64,000 nucleotides of DNA, taken from positions 14,074,001-14,138,000 of the forward strand of contig OZ024750.1 of NCBI GenBank assembly GCA_964016885.1, given 5' to 3'. Origin of the DNA: Eledone cirrhosa. Lineage: Eukaryota. Shown one piece after another: positions 15,560 through 30,937 of this stretch. The notes under the pieces were generated by a model, which worked only from the letters and a program-made list of their open reading frames with translations, did no database searches and had not been told where the DNA came from. A program made the position numbers and the translations under genes. Each line of letters opens with the position of its first letter. Positions within the stretch are counted from its first letter, which is position 1.

Positions 15560-16066
15560 AACTAAGGCACAAGACCAGAATATCGGGCGTGGGGAAAGCC
15601 GATACTATCAACCCGAGTACTTGACGGGTTCTTTAGTTTATCCACCCCAGAACGATGAAACGAAGGGTTAACCTCGGCGGGATTTGATCTCTGTACAGTA
15701 TTTGTTGCAGCCCTCTACATTCTGAGTTCATGTCTCGCCGAAGTCAACTTCGCCTGTCCTCTTTCTGGGATCCATAATGTACCAGTCATGTACGGAGGTC
15801 GATATAATCGACTGTTCTCTTCCTCCAAAATTGCTGGTCTTGTGCCTAAAATAGAAATCATTATTATTATTCTCGTCGCGGTGAATTGGCAGAATCGGTA
15901 GAGGGTTGGCCACCATGCTTTGCAGTATAGAGTTACGGCCCTTTATGTTCTGAGTTCAAATCCTACCGAGGTTAACTTTGCCTTTCATCCTTACGGGTAG
16001 ATAAAATAAAGTACCAGTAATGCACTTGGGATAATTGCTGGCCTTGTGCCAAAACTTGAAACAATT
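15560..16066. mobile_element. Cluster of three SINE-1 copies (one minus, two plus)
   Basis: Family core motifs at about 15560-15690 (-), 15720-15860 (+) and 15878-16066 (+). Confidence 0.8.
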
Positions 16067-16177
16067 ATTATTCTCATCGCCATCATCATCAACATTATCA
16101 TCATTATCATCGTTGTTGTTGTTGTTGTTGTTCTTGTTCTTGTTCTTCTTCTTCTTCTTCTCATTATTATTACTTTT

Positions 16178-16215
<38 letters not shown>

Positions 16216-18450
16216 ACATCTAGAGTTTTCCAATCAACCACGAAAAAACAAAAAAAAAATAGCTGTAAAATTATACAAACAACTGACAATCTATGAATGA
16301 AGTCTATATTTCAGACGACCTTAAAAAACTAATAGCTAACTTGTTCCACTAATTAAACAGTTAATTATATTTTAAGCGATATGGACTTTTAATATTCAAT
16401 ATGAAGCAATACTTAACATTAAATAAAGCATAAACATCCTTCTTGTTTAGTTTGTTGACATTTATCGATAGCTATGTTGTATTGTTTTTTTACGTGGGGA
16501 AAAGTCTGCTTTATCAAATATCTCTTGACTGCGACGATTTTTGATAAAAGAAAAATCGTCTGCGTTTGTCTTTGAGCCGACGACAATAATAAAAGCGAAT
16601 AATGAATTATCAAGTGACAAGAGAAAATATTTGGATATTGCTGTTTCCATGAAAAGGAAAGCAGTCAGCGTATCCGTTCAAAGTTCGTTGATCAACCCTG
16701 GTTGTAAATAGACAGCATCCGATCAACGAAATATTTATTATTTTACTGTTCTTTACAGTGTAACTTTTTGGTTTGTGTTTGTCCATTGTATTTTGTCTTT
16801 AGACGTTGTTTCTTTCAAAATTATATATTTGTGACATAATCAATATTTTGTGTTAGTCATATTTTACTCATAAGAAGATAGAAAAAATTAATAAAATCTT
16901 AGTTTGATGAATTTCTAAGAAACGAAACAAAACAATACAAATTTAATCAGAGAAGTTAATTCTGCATTCAAAAGGTCGTAAGAGAAGTTTGGAAAGTTTT
17001 GTTTGTTTTAATGAAACTTGGGGTTCTTTTGCTATTTATTGAAGTTGTTGTTGTTTTTAATAACAAATCGAAGGATAATTTATGAATAGCCATCATGGAT
17101 CTTTAATTGGGAGTCAGTGATCTAGAACATCAGTTTTCAGATACTGATGAATTTTAGAAAGTTTATTGCTATCTTTTATGATTTGCAGATTCAAAAGCAA
17201 AACCGTAAATGTTTAATTAGTATCGAACCAAAATGACTCATCTTATATTTGTTCTTAACCGTGATAGATATATCCTCTCTCTTGCTTGAAGATTTTATTA
17301 AAATTTCCAGATGAAAGCTTGGCGAATTTCCTATTGGTATAAGTTTGGTGATAAAATTTTAATTATTATATAGACACGCCGCCTGTCAGTCACATGAGCT
17401 GAAGTTACGTTTTTCTTTTCTTTTTTTTTTACACTTGAATTTTGGCTCCTTCTTTACAATTGTAATTCTTGTATCTGTTTATTGTGTGCGGCTTCAAAAA
17501 TGGAATTCATTAAGGAATGACTGATAGGGTGACTGCAATTCTATTTGAAATATAATACTTTTTTCTGGAAGTTTTAATGATTATTTTATAAGAATTGTCA
17601 CCAAAGTTCCATCTTCGGGAAATGGATATATTTCATTATTCAAAACATTGAGGTTTTTTTCTTTTTTCTTTTGTTGGTGGTATTGACTGTAATGTTTTAT
17701 TTTAGCTGAAAACGCAAGAAATAAAAAAAATTTCGAATAAAAAGAAATATCAAATTTTATTTATAGTTAGATCTTTAAGAAATCTTCAAATGTAGAGAAT
17801 TTGTATTTATCACCCCGTGTAATAGAAGAAAACATTTGTGAAATGTATTTGCATTGAGAAGAAAACGATGATTAATTGGCTTAACTATCTGTTAGTAATG
17901 ACTTACTTCCCTTTAAGACGCTTCTGTCCCCATTTTCATAATATCCGTATTAAATGGCAAGAAACCAAAACTAGCGGTTAGCTTCCCGGCACAGAACAGT
18001 TTTGATTAATGCCTTAAAGCAGGAAAACCGAATGTGTCAAAATCTACGGCTTGTGAAGACAAACGGCTCTAAATTGAGATGTAAGAGAACACCATGTGAG
18101 AAATTGTCAACCTTCAAAGTATGAAAGGAAGCTTGGATGAAGTTGTCTGTTAGCTGTCAAACCCATACACTCGATCTAATACGTCAGAAGAATTCTGTTG
18201 CAATTAATAGTTAACTTCAGTTCCAATGTCTTTTCCTGCAAACAAATATTTTGCTAAAATATATTATAAAGCATCAATAAAAGTAACCATTATCAACAAC
18301 GATATCAAACATGATATCAGACATTATCAACAACGATATCAACAATGATATCAGACATTATCAACAACCGTATCATATATTAACTAGTTATATCATATAT
18401 CGTATCATATATTAACTATATGGAAAAGAGTAAACAACAAAGGTATATAA

Positions 18451-19321
18451 TCATAATATAATAAAGGGAGCAGTGCGGGATTGTGTCCTGAATATATTTT
18501 TTTATCCCGTTAGTAAAATAAGTTGAATTACTTTGAATAAATAATTGTTTCTATTTTTGGCACAAGGCCAGCAATTACCCAGTGCATTACTGGTACTTTA
18601 TTTTATAGAATAATGAATGAATATTACATAATTTATGTACTAAATTTCGTAGCTGTTGATTAAACATAAATATTCTTATAGATAAAAGTATTGCTTATTT
18701 TAAGAGTCACTTCTTTTAAAATTTTCAAATGTCATTACACTGTAATGCAGTTTATATACGAGGGTAATCCCAAAAGTAAGGTCTCCAAAGCGATGGGGAC
18801 GCAGAGAAACTGTTCGTACGCCTGCTGGCAACACTGTTGTGATTGGTGCTTCCTTCACTCCCAAACAAGCATGCGCGCGCTTCGCTGGGATGCTCAATCT
18901 TGGCTTGGCGGCCGTTGAGAATGGATCTCTCGTTGAACGCTACCGCCAAGTGCGAATTTCGCGTAGTTATTATATAGAGAGCTATCCCAAAGTTTCCGAG
19001 GAAAACATGCGTAAAGATCGGCGGATCACTCTGGATGCTCTCTGCATTTTGGTTCCTGAGGTTTCCCGAAGCACCATCCACAGGATTTTAACGGAAAAGT
19101 TGCAATAACGGAAGTTGCAATATCGGAAGGAGACCTTACTTTTGGGATTGCCCTCGTATAATATCCTCTTTTTTTTAATGTATCATGGATTACTTTACTG
19201 ATTACAGAAGAAAGTGTAACACAATTTCTGTGCATATTGTCAATTACGACTTCATTTGATGTATTATACCTACATGGTTATACATTTGCATATAATAGCA
19301 GAATGGTGGGTTTTCTGCTAG
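18451..19321 (+). mobile_element. Non-autonomous Helitron, diverged copy with nested SINE fragment and mariner element
   Basis: A|TC start, 3' hairpin tagcagaa...ttctgCTAG|T, and internal similarity to 48807-49482 and 56449-56932. Confidence 0.75.
18759..19156 (+). mobile_element. Internally deleted mariner element
   Basis: 28-bp TIRs cgagggtaatcccaaaagtaaggtctcc / ggagaccttacttttgggattgccctcg, TA duplication, and transposase HTH remnant EENMRKDRRITLDALCILVPEVSRSTIHRILTEKLQ. Confidence 0.92.
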
Positions 19322-19639
19322 TGTCTTTAACGTTTCATTTTTAAAAAATAAGCACATCAGGATATCCCAATAAAGATATTTACTATCCGCCTAAGCTTAT
19401 GTGGTTTTAAATATTTTGTTAACGTATATGGTCCGACTTATTTTAAAATTAAAAATAGCTTTAAAATTATTTAACATCCTGTTCCACATGAAGATGCAAT
19501 AATAATTGATCTAACAATAAGACTATGTTGGTATAACTATTATATTTTTAAATAGACAAAGGAAATATTGTTCACCACCAACAGGGCTAATGTTTCTATT
19601 TTTACATTACGGAACACCAAATCCACCTGAAAACCCAGT

Positions 19640-20520
<881 letters not shown>

Positions 20521-20720
20521 CATCATCATCATCATCATCAACGTTTAACGTCCGTGTTCCACGCTTGCATGGGTTTGGACGGGGGTAGTCCCACTTGAGG
20601 CAAGAGTGATTGTCTTGCTCGCATAGGACTGTCTGGCAGGTTTTCTACAGTTGGATGCCCTTCCTAACACCAACCACATTTACAGTGTGGGTCTGGGAGG
20701 TTTTTACCGTGTTGCCTACA
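20521..20720 (-). mobile_element. 3' portion of a retroposon with (ATG)n tail
   Basis: catcatcat tail followed by gtttaacgtccgtgttcca and ggatgcccttcctaacaccaacc, a motif type seen in metazoan SINE bodies. Single copy in this window. Confidence 0.55.
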
Positions 20721-20985
20721 CGGCCACATTACAGCGTGGACTGTGTGTTTTTTTGTCGTGACACCTACACGATCTCATTTGTTTCGGCCTCGATGGCGCG
20801 GCACCAACATAACTTTACATAGAACGGGGTGGTGTGGATCGGGTGGGGGTGGTGGTGGTGGGACGGGGTGTATTTTGTTAGAGATGCCTACTGGCTGGAG
20901 TAGGTTTTACTATATATTTAGGTAAGGCGGGTCTTCTCTGTTACTGAGTACCGCCAAAGGTCTCGGTCCAGTGACATTGTCACAC

Positions 20986-21017
<32 letters not shown>

Positions 21018-21234
21018 ACACACACACATATATATATATATATGCATATATATATACATGTATAAATATATATATATGCAAATATATATTCTCACACACA
21101 TACACACAATAAGAAAATCATTTATTTACGTTTTTATCATGTATGGAGTGGTCATATCGGTACCACAGCGCCAGTAATTCCCTAAATCACATACGCTATA
21201 CACATATACACACACACACATATATATATATATA

Positions 21235-21296
<62 letters not shown>

Positions 21297-21426
21297 TATA
21301 TATATATATATATGCATATATATATATATATGCATATATATATATGCATATATATATATATATGCATATATATATATGCATATATATATATATGCATATA
21401 TATATATATGCATATATATATATATG

Positions 21427-21493
<67 letters not shown>

Positions 21494-21797
21494 ACGCGCG
21501 CGCGCGTGTGTGTGTGTGTGTGTGTGTGCTTATGTGCTGATGTACGAATATTTTGCCAGATCTGTTTAGAAAGGCATCAATGTCATAAAAATCTTATTCG
21601 TTTTGCTTAAAAAAAATTCTTGTTTCACACTTATGTAGGGAAGAGCTGAGTATGGAGTAAAAAACGTAAAGAAAATAACAGTAAAATCTTGGGAGGTGTT
21701 TGTAATGGATTCGACCAAAAACTCAAATAGCAAACCTACCGCCTCTTTCAATCGCGTGAAACGCTGATTACCTCGGATAAATTTGTCAGTTCAGAGA

Positions 21798-22062
21798 TTG
21801 TGTTTGTGTGTGTATGTGTTTGTGTGTGTATGTGTGTGTGTATGTGTTTGTGTGTGTATGTGTGTGTGTTTCTGTGTGTGGTTGTGTGTGTATCTGTGTC
21901 AGGGTCTCTGTGTGTGATTGAGTCTGTGTCTGTGTGTGCGTGTGTGCATGTGTCTGTATGTGTGTCTGAGTTTTCGTATGTTTTGTGTGTGTATGTGTGT
22001 GTGTGTGTGTGTGTTTGCGTGTTGCGCGTCTCTGTCTGTGTGTGTGTGTGTGTGTGCGTGTA

Positions 22063-22105
<43 letters not shown>

Positions 22106-22529
22106 GTGTTGCGCGTCTCTGTCTGTGTGTGTGTGTGTGTGCGTGTATGTGTGTGTCTGTGTGTGTGTGTGTGTGTGTGTGTCTGTGTGTCTGTGTCTGT
22201 GTCTGTGTCACTGTGTGTGTGTGCGTGTGTAGTGTGTGTGTGTGTGTGTGTGTGTTTGTGTGTTGCGCGTCTCTGTGTGTGTGTGTTTGTGCGTGTATGT
22301 GTTTGTGTGTTTGTGTGTCTGTGTGTGTGTTGCGCGTCTGTGTCTGTGTGTGTGTGTGCGTGTATGTGTGTGTGTGTTTGTGTGTCTGTGTCACTGTGTG
22401 TGCGCGTGTGTCAGTGTGTGTGTGCGCGCGTGTGTGTGTGTGTGTGTCTCTGTGTGCGTGTGTGTGTCTCTGTGTGCGTGTGTGCGTCTCTGTGTCTGTG
22501 CGTGTGTCTCTGTGTGTGTGCGTGTGTCA

Positions 22530-22560
<31 letters not shown>
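21798..22560. repeat. Degenerate (GT)n tract
   Basis: Direct inspection. Confidence 0.95.
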
Positions 22561-22561
<1 letters not shown>

Positions 22562-23242
22562 TCTATATGTGCGTGTGAACTGGTAAGCAACTCTGATATG
22601 CTGAGGAAAGCTCATTTAGTTGAAACTCCATTCTAGTGACGTTTAACAAACTGCTCTCTTGTGAGAAAGGACCAGTAGAAGTTGAACGGATTGTTGTCAG
22701 TAATGTCTGCATGCAGCTAGCCATTTCTCGTTGCAGTGTTTGGCCCTCGGGGACAAACTTTAGGACATAAAATAACAGAAGAAAATTAGAGGGTAATGGA
22801 ATTGCCTGTGATAGTTGCATAAAAGGCCTCTGCTGAGGTCTCGGATTTCATGACAGTAGATACTGTAACAAATTTCATTTCGTTTCTGGAAAGGGAAACG
22901 TAAATTGCTTAGCGTTTTCGATCATGCACGCACACAAAGAGTTATGTCTCTATAGATTCCCGTTTCACGAAGAATCCCATTAAATTGTGCCATGACCCTC
23001 GGTTATTTTTACTCTTTTTTTTTCTTTTTTTTTTTTTTTTTTACACTTTTTTTATTTCTGACCATCTATAACCCCCTTTGCTCTTCCTTTTCTACTACTA
23101 CTGCATGTATATGAAGTCGGATGCAAAGCTAGCTAATATCAAATGATTATCAGAGAAAGAAATAATGTCTGCAATGATTCCCTCTGCGAGTGTAGGGTGA
23201 TGAGAGAAATAAACAGATACTAAACAACATAGTAAAGATAAT

Positions 23243-23321
<79 letters not shown>

Positions 23322-23884
23322 AAAAATCTAAACTGAAATATTAGAAAGAAAGAAAGAAAGAAAAAATGAAGGAATAAACGATACGGATTTGTGGTGGTGG
23401 TGGTGGTGGTGGTGGCGGTCGCGGGGGGCGGAATATGAATAAAATGTGATGGAAAATAATAAAGATGCTAGAAAGAAAAGAGAAATTTCAAAAGCTGTAC
23501 TGAAAAATAAAACAATGTTAGTGAGAGAAGGGAATTAGAGGAGACAGATTATTGTATTAAATTTACTTTATTTCATAGTTTGTCTTGCACTTCTACACTA
23601 GGAGGTGAGTGTGTATATACATATATATATATATATATATACATTCCCATCACACACACACACATACACACATATCCCGTACATAGTTTGTCTTGCACTT
23701 CTACACTAGGAGGTGAGTGTATACATATATATACATATATATATATATATACATTCCCATCACACACACACATACACACACATCCCGTACACACACATAC
23801 ACGGACATACATACACATACATACATACACATCCCTTGCACACCCATGCACTCTCTCTCTCCTTCTCTCCCTCTCTCTCTCGCT

Positions 23885-23922
<38 letters not shown>

Positions 23923-24223
23923 ACTACTACTACTACTACTACTACTTTCCCATATATACACACAAACACAAAGGTATAAATGGAGATACATATGTACACA
24001 CACGTAAATACACACACATACACACACGTATATACACACACACACACACACATTCACACACACACACACACTCACACATTTAAACACACACACACGCACG
24101 CGCGCGCGCGTTTATATGCTCAGACACCGACGTGTGCGTTCATGTATGTGGAGACAAGGCGGGAAGTAATAAACTACCAACAAATAGTATGTCTCGTTTA
24201 CCTACTAAAACTACTGTGTATAT

Positions 24224-25091
24224 AATTGTTTCTACTTTTAGCACAAGGCCAGCAATTATACCAGTGTATTGCTGGTACTTTATTTTATCGACCCCGTAAG
24301 GATGAAAGGCAAAGTTAACCTCGGCGGGATTTGAACGCAGAATGGCAAGGGCCGTACCCCTATGCATCAATGCATGGCATCCGACCCTCTACCCATTACT
24401 GCCAATACACAATGAATGCACCGCGGGTTCGACTTCTGTTTCAAGTGGCAATATCTCACTTAGATAAAACACATATTAATTACTTGAATTAATTTTACTT
24501 ACTTAATAGAGGGCGCTGAGTTAGCAGTAATCTGTAGAGCATCGGACAGAATGCTTTGCGGAATATGTTCAAATCTTGCCGAGGTTAGCTCTGCCTTTCA
24601 TAGAATATAACACACTGGTGTGGATTAAATAGACTTTGCTCCTCCCTTAAGTTACTGGCCTTGTGCCAAGGGTAGAGCTAATATTACTTACTCAACAGTA
24701 AATATTATATATATGGTGGATTGGCAGTATCGGTAGAGGGTCGGACGCCATGCTTTCCAGCATAGTTACGTCCCTTTACGATCTGAGTTCAAATCCCGCC
24801 GAGGTTGACTTTGCCTTTCATCCTTACGGGGTCGATAAAATAAAGTACCAGTAATGCACTGGGTAATTGCTGGCCTTGTGCCTAAAGTAGAAACAATTAT
24901 ATATATGGTGGATTGGCAGTATCGGTAGACGCCATGCTTTGCAGCATAGAGTTACGGCCCTTTATGATCCGAGTTCAAATCCTGCCGAGGTTAACTTTGC
25001 CTTACCTTTCTTCCTTACGGGGTCGATAAAATAAAGTACCAGTCATATACTGGGTAATTGCTGGCCTTGTGCCCAAAGTAGAAACAATTAT
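24224..25091. mobile_element. Cluster of four SINE-1 copies (one minus, one diverged plus, one head-to-tail plus pair)
   Basis: Family motifs at 24224-24410 (-), 24510-24680, 24714-24900 and 24906-25091 (+). Confidence 0.88.
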
Positions 25092-25442
25092 ATATATATG
25101 TATGTATGTGTGTGTGAATGTGTGTGTATGTATGTATATATGTATATATGTATTTATGTATATATGTGTATGTATGTGTATATATATATATATGTGTGTC
25201 TGTGTGTGTGTTTGTGTGTGTGTGTGTATGTGTATATGTATATATATGAATATTTAGGTAGACTTAAGGTAAATATAAGCGTTTTCGAATTTGACGCCTT
25301 CGCTGTAAAAAACGTGAGTAAACACTTTCAACTATTTCTCCGTTCACAGATAAACAACCGATTATCTCCCTTATTTAGAAATATATAATTTATATAGGCA
25401 CTAGCATTGATAATGTAGTTACTCAGAATTTTATCAAATGGT

Positions 25443-25488
<46 letters not shown>

Positions 25489-26259
25489 AATATATATATA
25501 CATAAATATATATACATAAATGGCACAAAGTAAATGCCATTTATGTACAGCAGAGAAGTATATTGTAGTGAACAATATTAAAGTATCACCAAAGTATTTA
25601 AATAAAAGATCGGAGGGTTTTGGCAAATATCGCCATTTTGGCAAGTCCCTTTTGTGTTTGGGGGGGGGGGGGGGGCATTTGTTTTTATACAGGTTCTTTG
25701 CATACCTCCTTTCAATATTTTTTCGAGTAGCATATGTTGAAATATCTTTTTAATACTCAACATCCTATACCGCCCACCAAAATTTCCAAATGCCTACAGT
25801 TTTCTGTCCAGTTGCTCATTGTTCACCCAACAGTTGATATCGGCCATTGAAGGGCGATGTCGCCCAGATTGGGAAACCCTGATATAGAACCTACGGATAG
25901 AGATAACATAAAGCTTTATGAGGTCACACGGTTTTTTTTTTATATCCTCTCCCCTTTCTCATTTCAACCTGAGAAATTTATAACCTATTTATTTCTTTTG
26001 TTGATGTACAAATGACTTTTGTAATTCGTCACACAGCTAACCCAAGGGAAACAACCCATTACTTTATAACTAAATTATCTCATTTACACTATTGTTATAC
26101 AGGACAAGAAACAAAGAACTCTAAAATGGCCACTTAAAGAAGTAAACGTATGTATTTTAAATGGCTGAAGATTCTTTATTTCGTCGCAAATATATTTCTA
26201 AGAGATTTCAGGAAACCATTTGGTAAACCTCAGCGTAATGATATTACTAATCTAGGATT

Positions 26260-26346
<87 letters not shown>

Positions 26347-26481
26347 ATCTATCTATATTTGTATTATATATATGTATGTGAGCATATGAATGTATATGTA
26401 TGTATGTGTGTATATGTTTGATTGTATATATATATATAGTATATATATATATATATATATATATGCATGTATATATATACT

Positions 26482-26514
<33 letters not shown>

Positions 26515-26599
26515 AGGAGGTGAGTTTTATTGTAGCACAATAAAGCCATGCAAATATCGGATAAGTAGCACTCTACAGTTTGTAGGACTGGAGTAAAAA

Positions 26600-26930
26600 T
26601 AATATAAGATCAAAAGATGGTTAAAAGAGTTCCAAGTATTTTATTATGCACGTTTCAAAAACAAATATCACCATGGGATGATATCTGCGTTTTCATCAGA
26701 TAAAATAGGGATACATGATATGAAGCTTAAAAAACACTTGTGAATAGTGAAGTTTTAACTTGATATGTTGATTTAAAACTTCACTATTCACAAGTGTTTT
26801 TTAAGCTTCATATCATGTATCCCTATTTTATCTGATGAAAACGCAGATATCATCCCATGATGATATTTGTTTTTGAAATGCGCATAATAAAATACTTGGA
26901 ACTCTTTTAACCATCTTTTGATATTATATT
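26600..26930. mobile_element. Fold-back element, about 160-bp arms, a hammerhead motif in each arm
   Basis: Near-perfect inverted repeat around a 14-nt loop (26759-26772), adjoining (TA)n. Confidence 0.85.
26824..26894 (+). ncRNA. Type-I hammerhead ribozyme motif (mirror copy 26637-26707, minus)
   Basis: tattttat-CTGATGA-aaac[gcagatatca..tgatatttgt]tttt-GAAA-tgcgca-TA-ataaaata. 8-bp stem I, long stem II and palindromic stem III. Confidence 0.82.
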
Positions 26931-26956
26931 ATATATATATATATATATATGTGCAC

Positions 26957-27025
<69 letters not shown>

Positions 27026-27169
27026 CACATATATAAGTCCTCTTATTGTTTTAGTATATGTTTGCCAAGAGACTTGATTTGAAATTATATTTCCATGTTC
27101 AACCATCTATCATTGTTGTTTCTGTTGTATGTTATGGCTGGGAATGTAGAGAGTGTTACCAATAATGGG

Positions 27170-27757
27170 TTCTTATATAGGCACAAGGCCAGCAAATATG
27201 GAGGAAGGGAAAGTCAATTATCCCGTAAGGATGGAAGGCAAAGTTAACCTCGGCGAGATTTGAACTCAGATCATAAAGGGCCGTAACTCTATGCTACAAA
27301 GCATGACGTCCGACGCTCTACCGATTTTGCCAATCCACTGCCCTCGTAGTCTTACCAATAACAAACACACTCACAAATTGTGATTATTACTTCTTTACGG
27401 ATGGTGGATTGGCAGTATCGGTAGAGGGTCGGACGCCATGCTTTGCAGCAAAGAGTTACGGCTCTTGCCATTCTGAGTTCAAATCCCGCCGAGGTTAACT
27501 TTGCCTTTCATTCTTACGGGGTTCGATAAAATAAAGTACCAGTAATGCACTGAGATAATTGCTGGCCTTGTGCCAAAAGTAGAAACAATTATATGGACAC
27601 CATGCTTTGCAGCAAAGAGTTACGCCCCTTGCCATTCTGAGTTCAAATCCCGCCGAGGTTAACTTTGCTTTTCATCCTTACGGGGGTCGATAAAATAAAG
27701 TACCAGTAATACACTGGGTAATTGCTGGCCTTGTGCCAATAGTAGAAACAATTATTA
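27170..27757. mobile_element. Three SINE-1 copies (one minus, one head-to-tail plus dimer)
   Basis: Family motifs at 27170-27345 (-), 27402-27590 and 27595-27757 (+). Confidence 0.9.
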
Positions 27758-28561
27758 CTTCTTTATTCTGACATTGTTCTTTAATGAGTTGCTTGATAAC
27801 ATTGAAACTGTTCGATACATCTATAATAAAGATCAAATAATAAAGTCACGTGAATTTAACGAAAGATTTTCATATTAATGATCAAATAATTAAAGAGTAA
27901 AGAAATGATTAATGTTCAGAATCAATATGTATAGGTATTGGTTGGGTGGGTGGGGATTGGAGAATAAAGAAGACTCTTTCGAAATATGTATGTGTGTATG
28001 TATATGTATGTGTGAATGTGTGTGCGTATGTATGTGTGTGTATGCGTGTGTATGTGCATGTATGTATGTGTATGCATGTGTGTGTATGTGTGTATGTGTG
28101 TGCGTATGTATGTGTGCGTATGTGAATGTATGTGTATGTATGTATGTGTGTGTGTGTGTGTATTTATGTATGTATTTGTATGTAAGTGTGTGCATGTATG
28201 TGTGTATGTGTATGTATTTGTATTTGTATGTAAGTGTGTGCATGTATGTGTGTATGTGTATGTATATATGTCTATGTATGTGTATGTATGTATATGTATG
28301 TGTGTATATAGATGTATGTGTCTATGTATGAATGTATGTATGTATGTTTGTGTTTATGTCTATGTATTTATGTATTTATGTATTTATGCATGTATGTATG
28401 TATATATGTATGTATATGTGTATGTATATGTATGTATGTATATGTGTATGTATATGTATGTATGTATATGTGTATGTATTCGTGCATATGTATGTATGTA
28501 TATATGTAAGTATGGATGTGTGTGTGGATGTATATATGTATATATATTTATATATATATAT

Positions 28562-28773
28562 ATAGTAATAATAATAAATTTGAAGACTAAAATCCAAAGA
28601 GGGCTCGATAAGGATAAATATATATCAAATATATAAGAACCGTAGAGCAAATATTTATTAAAATAACAGATTAAAGTTTCGCTGCTTTCACCCTTAACGG
28701 GATCTTCTGTTAGTTTCAGAAGAACCCGTTAAGGGTGAAAGCAGCGATTCTTTGCTTAAACTTTAATCTGTTA

Positions 28774-28781
<8 letters not shown>
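28562..28781 (+). mobile_element. (TA)n-embedded element with variant hammerhead motif and partial inverted copy
   Basis: agttt-CAGAAGA-acccgttaagggt-GAAA-gca..tgc-TT-aaact (28712-28762), with inverted partial copy at 28656-28709. Same family as 39191-39326. Confidence 0.7.
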
Positions 28782-28813
<32 letters not shown>

Positions 28814-29145
28814 GAGAAGAAAGAAGAATACTGCGTGGTTGCACATGGGTTACATATGATAAAATTAGTCCTTCGTCAGTGATTTCCCAACCATCATTGA
28901 TATTTCATCGCATTAAAAATCATATACCTCAGGTTGGTGCGAGCAATAACTAAAAAAAGCTATTGGGACAAGTAAATCGCGTAAAGCGAGTGAGACAAGT
29001 AAACAACATAGAAGGATGAAAGCAACGCAAAGATGGGAATAAACAAGCAACATGGTTATCCGGTCAGCATAAGCTGGGTCGATTTCATGAGCGATCAAGA
29101 AACAGACCGTCCGACGTGAGTGAGATGTGAGCAAGAAGAGAACCC

Positions 29146-29300
<155 letters not shown>

Positions 29301-29383
29301 CTTAACATTCTCTCTCTTTTTTCTCTATCTGTTTATCTATTTATTTAACTACAATCTAACTATGTTCTCTCGTCTTTCGACAG

Positions 29384-29914
29384 GTTTGGTTCCAGAACCG
29401 CCGTGCCAAGTGGAAAAAACGCAAGAAGACAACAAACGTATTTCGAACACCGGGCGCTTTGCTTCCTTCACATGCATTAAATCCTTTCAGTGGCATGAAT
29501 GACACCCTTTGCTCATTCCACCCGTCAGACACCCGATGGGCTGGGATGTCACAGATACCGACACCAATGAACGGCAATCAATTCGGTCTGGCGACAGCTA
29601 TACCACGTCAGGGTCTAGCTCAGTCGCTATCACCTCAAGTCTCAGTAGGTTTGAACCAAGGTAACGTGTTGGGGAACGGTATCACATGCAATGTGACCAA
29701 CACGGTAAACAGCCCTTCAATTTACAATACCGCCTATTGTGTTCCTTCGTCTGGTACATCACCTATGTCAGATGGATCTCAGTCCCCGTCCATCACCACA
29801 TCCCAGATCCCATGCGCCATGCAGGAACTTGGGGATGCATGGAGAGGTACCAGTATAGCATCTCTCAGGCGGAGGGCATTGGAGCATACTGTAAGCATGT
29901 CAGGTTTCCGATGA
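29384..29914 (+). CDS. otp: Orthopedia homeobox transcription factor, terminal coding exon (homeodomain helix 3, C-terminal region, OAR motif)
   Basis: Branch-like CTAAC (29356-29360), pyrimidine tract and CAG acceptor (29381-29383), then phase-0 frame [30 protein letters not shown]...[43 protein letters not shown] after the Q50 homeodomain and [11 protein letters not shown].ALEH (OAR) are characteristic of Otp. The Q|V intron position is typical of PRD-class homeoboxes. Confidence 0.96.
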   Translation, partial: [176 protein letters not shown]

Positions 29915-29954
29915 CCTGCGTCCTTTTAACTGAACTCTCTTTGAGTAATAACCG

Positions 29955-29959
29955 AATAA

Positions 29960-29960
<1 letters not shown>
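29955..29960 (+). terminator. Candidate polyadenylation signal for otp
   Basis: AATAAA about 40 nt after the otp stop. The true 3' UTR could be much longer. Confidence 0.3.
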
Positions 29961-30005
<45 letters not shown>

Positions 30006-30060
30006 AACTAGAAGAGACATTCCCTTACCATTAACACAAACAACATTATTATTATTATTA

Positions 30061-30131
<71 letters not shown>

Positions 30132-30631
30132 GTTGTCATTGAATCGTCTCGATACATATTACTTATGATAGCTGCTGCTAAATTTAAAAAAAAAACAAAA
30201 AACAAACGAACAAAACAATAATAATAACTACACGGTAGGAATAGCATACAAGATTGATCGATTGAGTGAGTCATTGAGTGAGTGTTTGATTGATTGAGTG
30301 ATTGACTGAATTGAATTTAATATATTTGAAGAAACCAATGAGAAATTAACGATAGAAAATGAAATTCTTTTCTTCGGTAACTCGGTTATGGCGCTATCCT
30401 GTTTAAGACGCATATTATTTCCCCCCTGTGCAAATTTAACGAGAAACAAAAAATAATCAGTGTTTGTCAATAATTATTTACCAAATTCTGAAATAAAAGT
30501 TCAAATTCCTTTACAGGGCAAAAATACCTTCAATACAAATTAGAATTTTTACGAATCAAATGCTGTTCTAATGATTTTTATTCAATCTCATACACAAAGC
30601 CCGCTCACTCATGCATTCACACAAGGTTACA

Positions 30632-30937
<306 letters not shown>

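Noticed and set aside
18839-19108. Functional transposase genes here and at 49839-50123
   Set aside because: Only HTH fragments inside elements under 500 bp, with no DDE/D catalytic domain.
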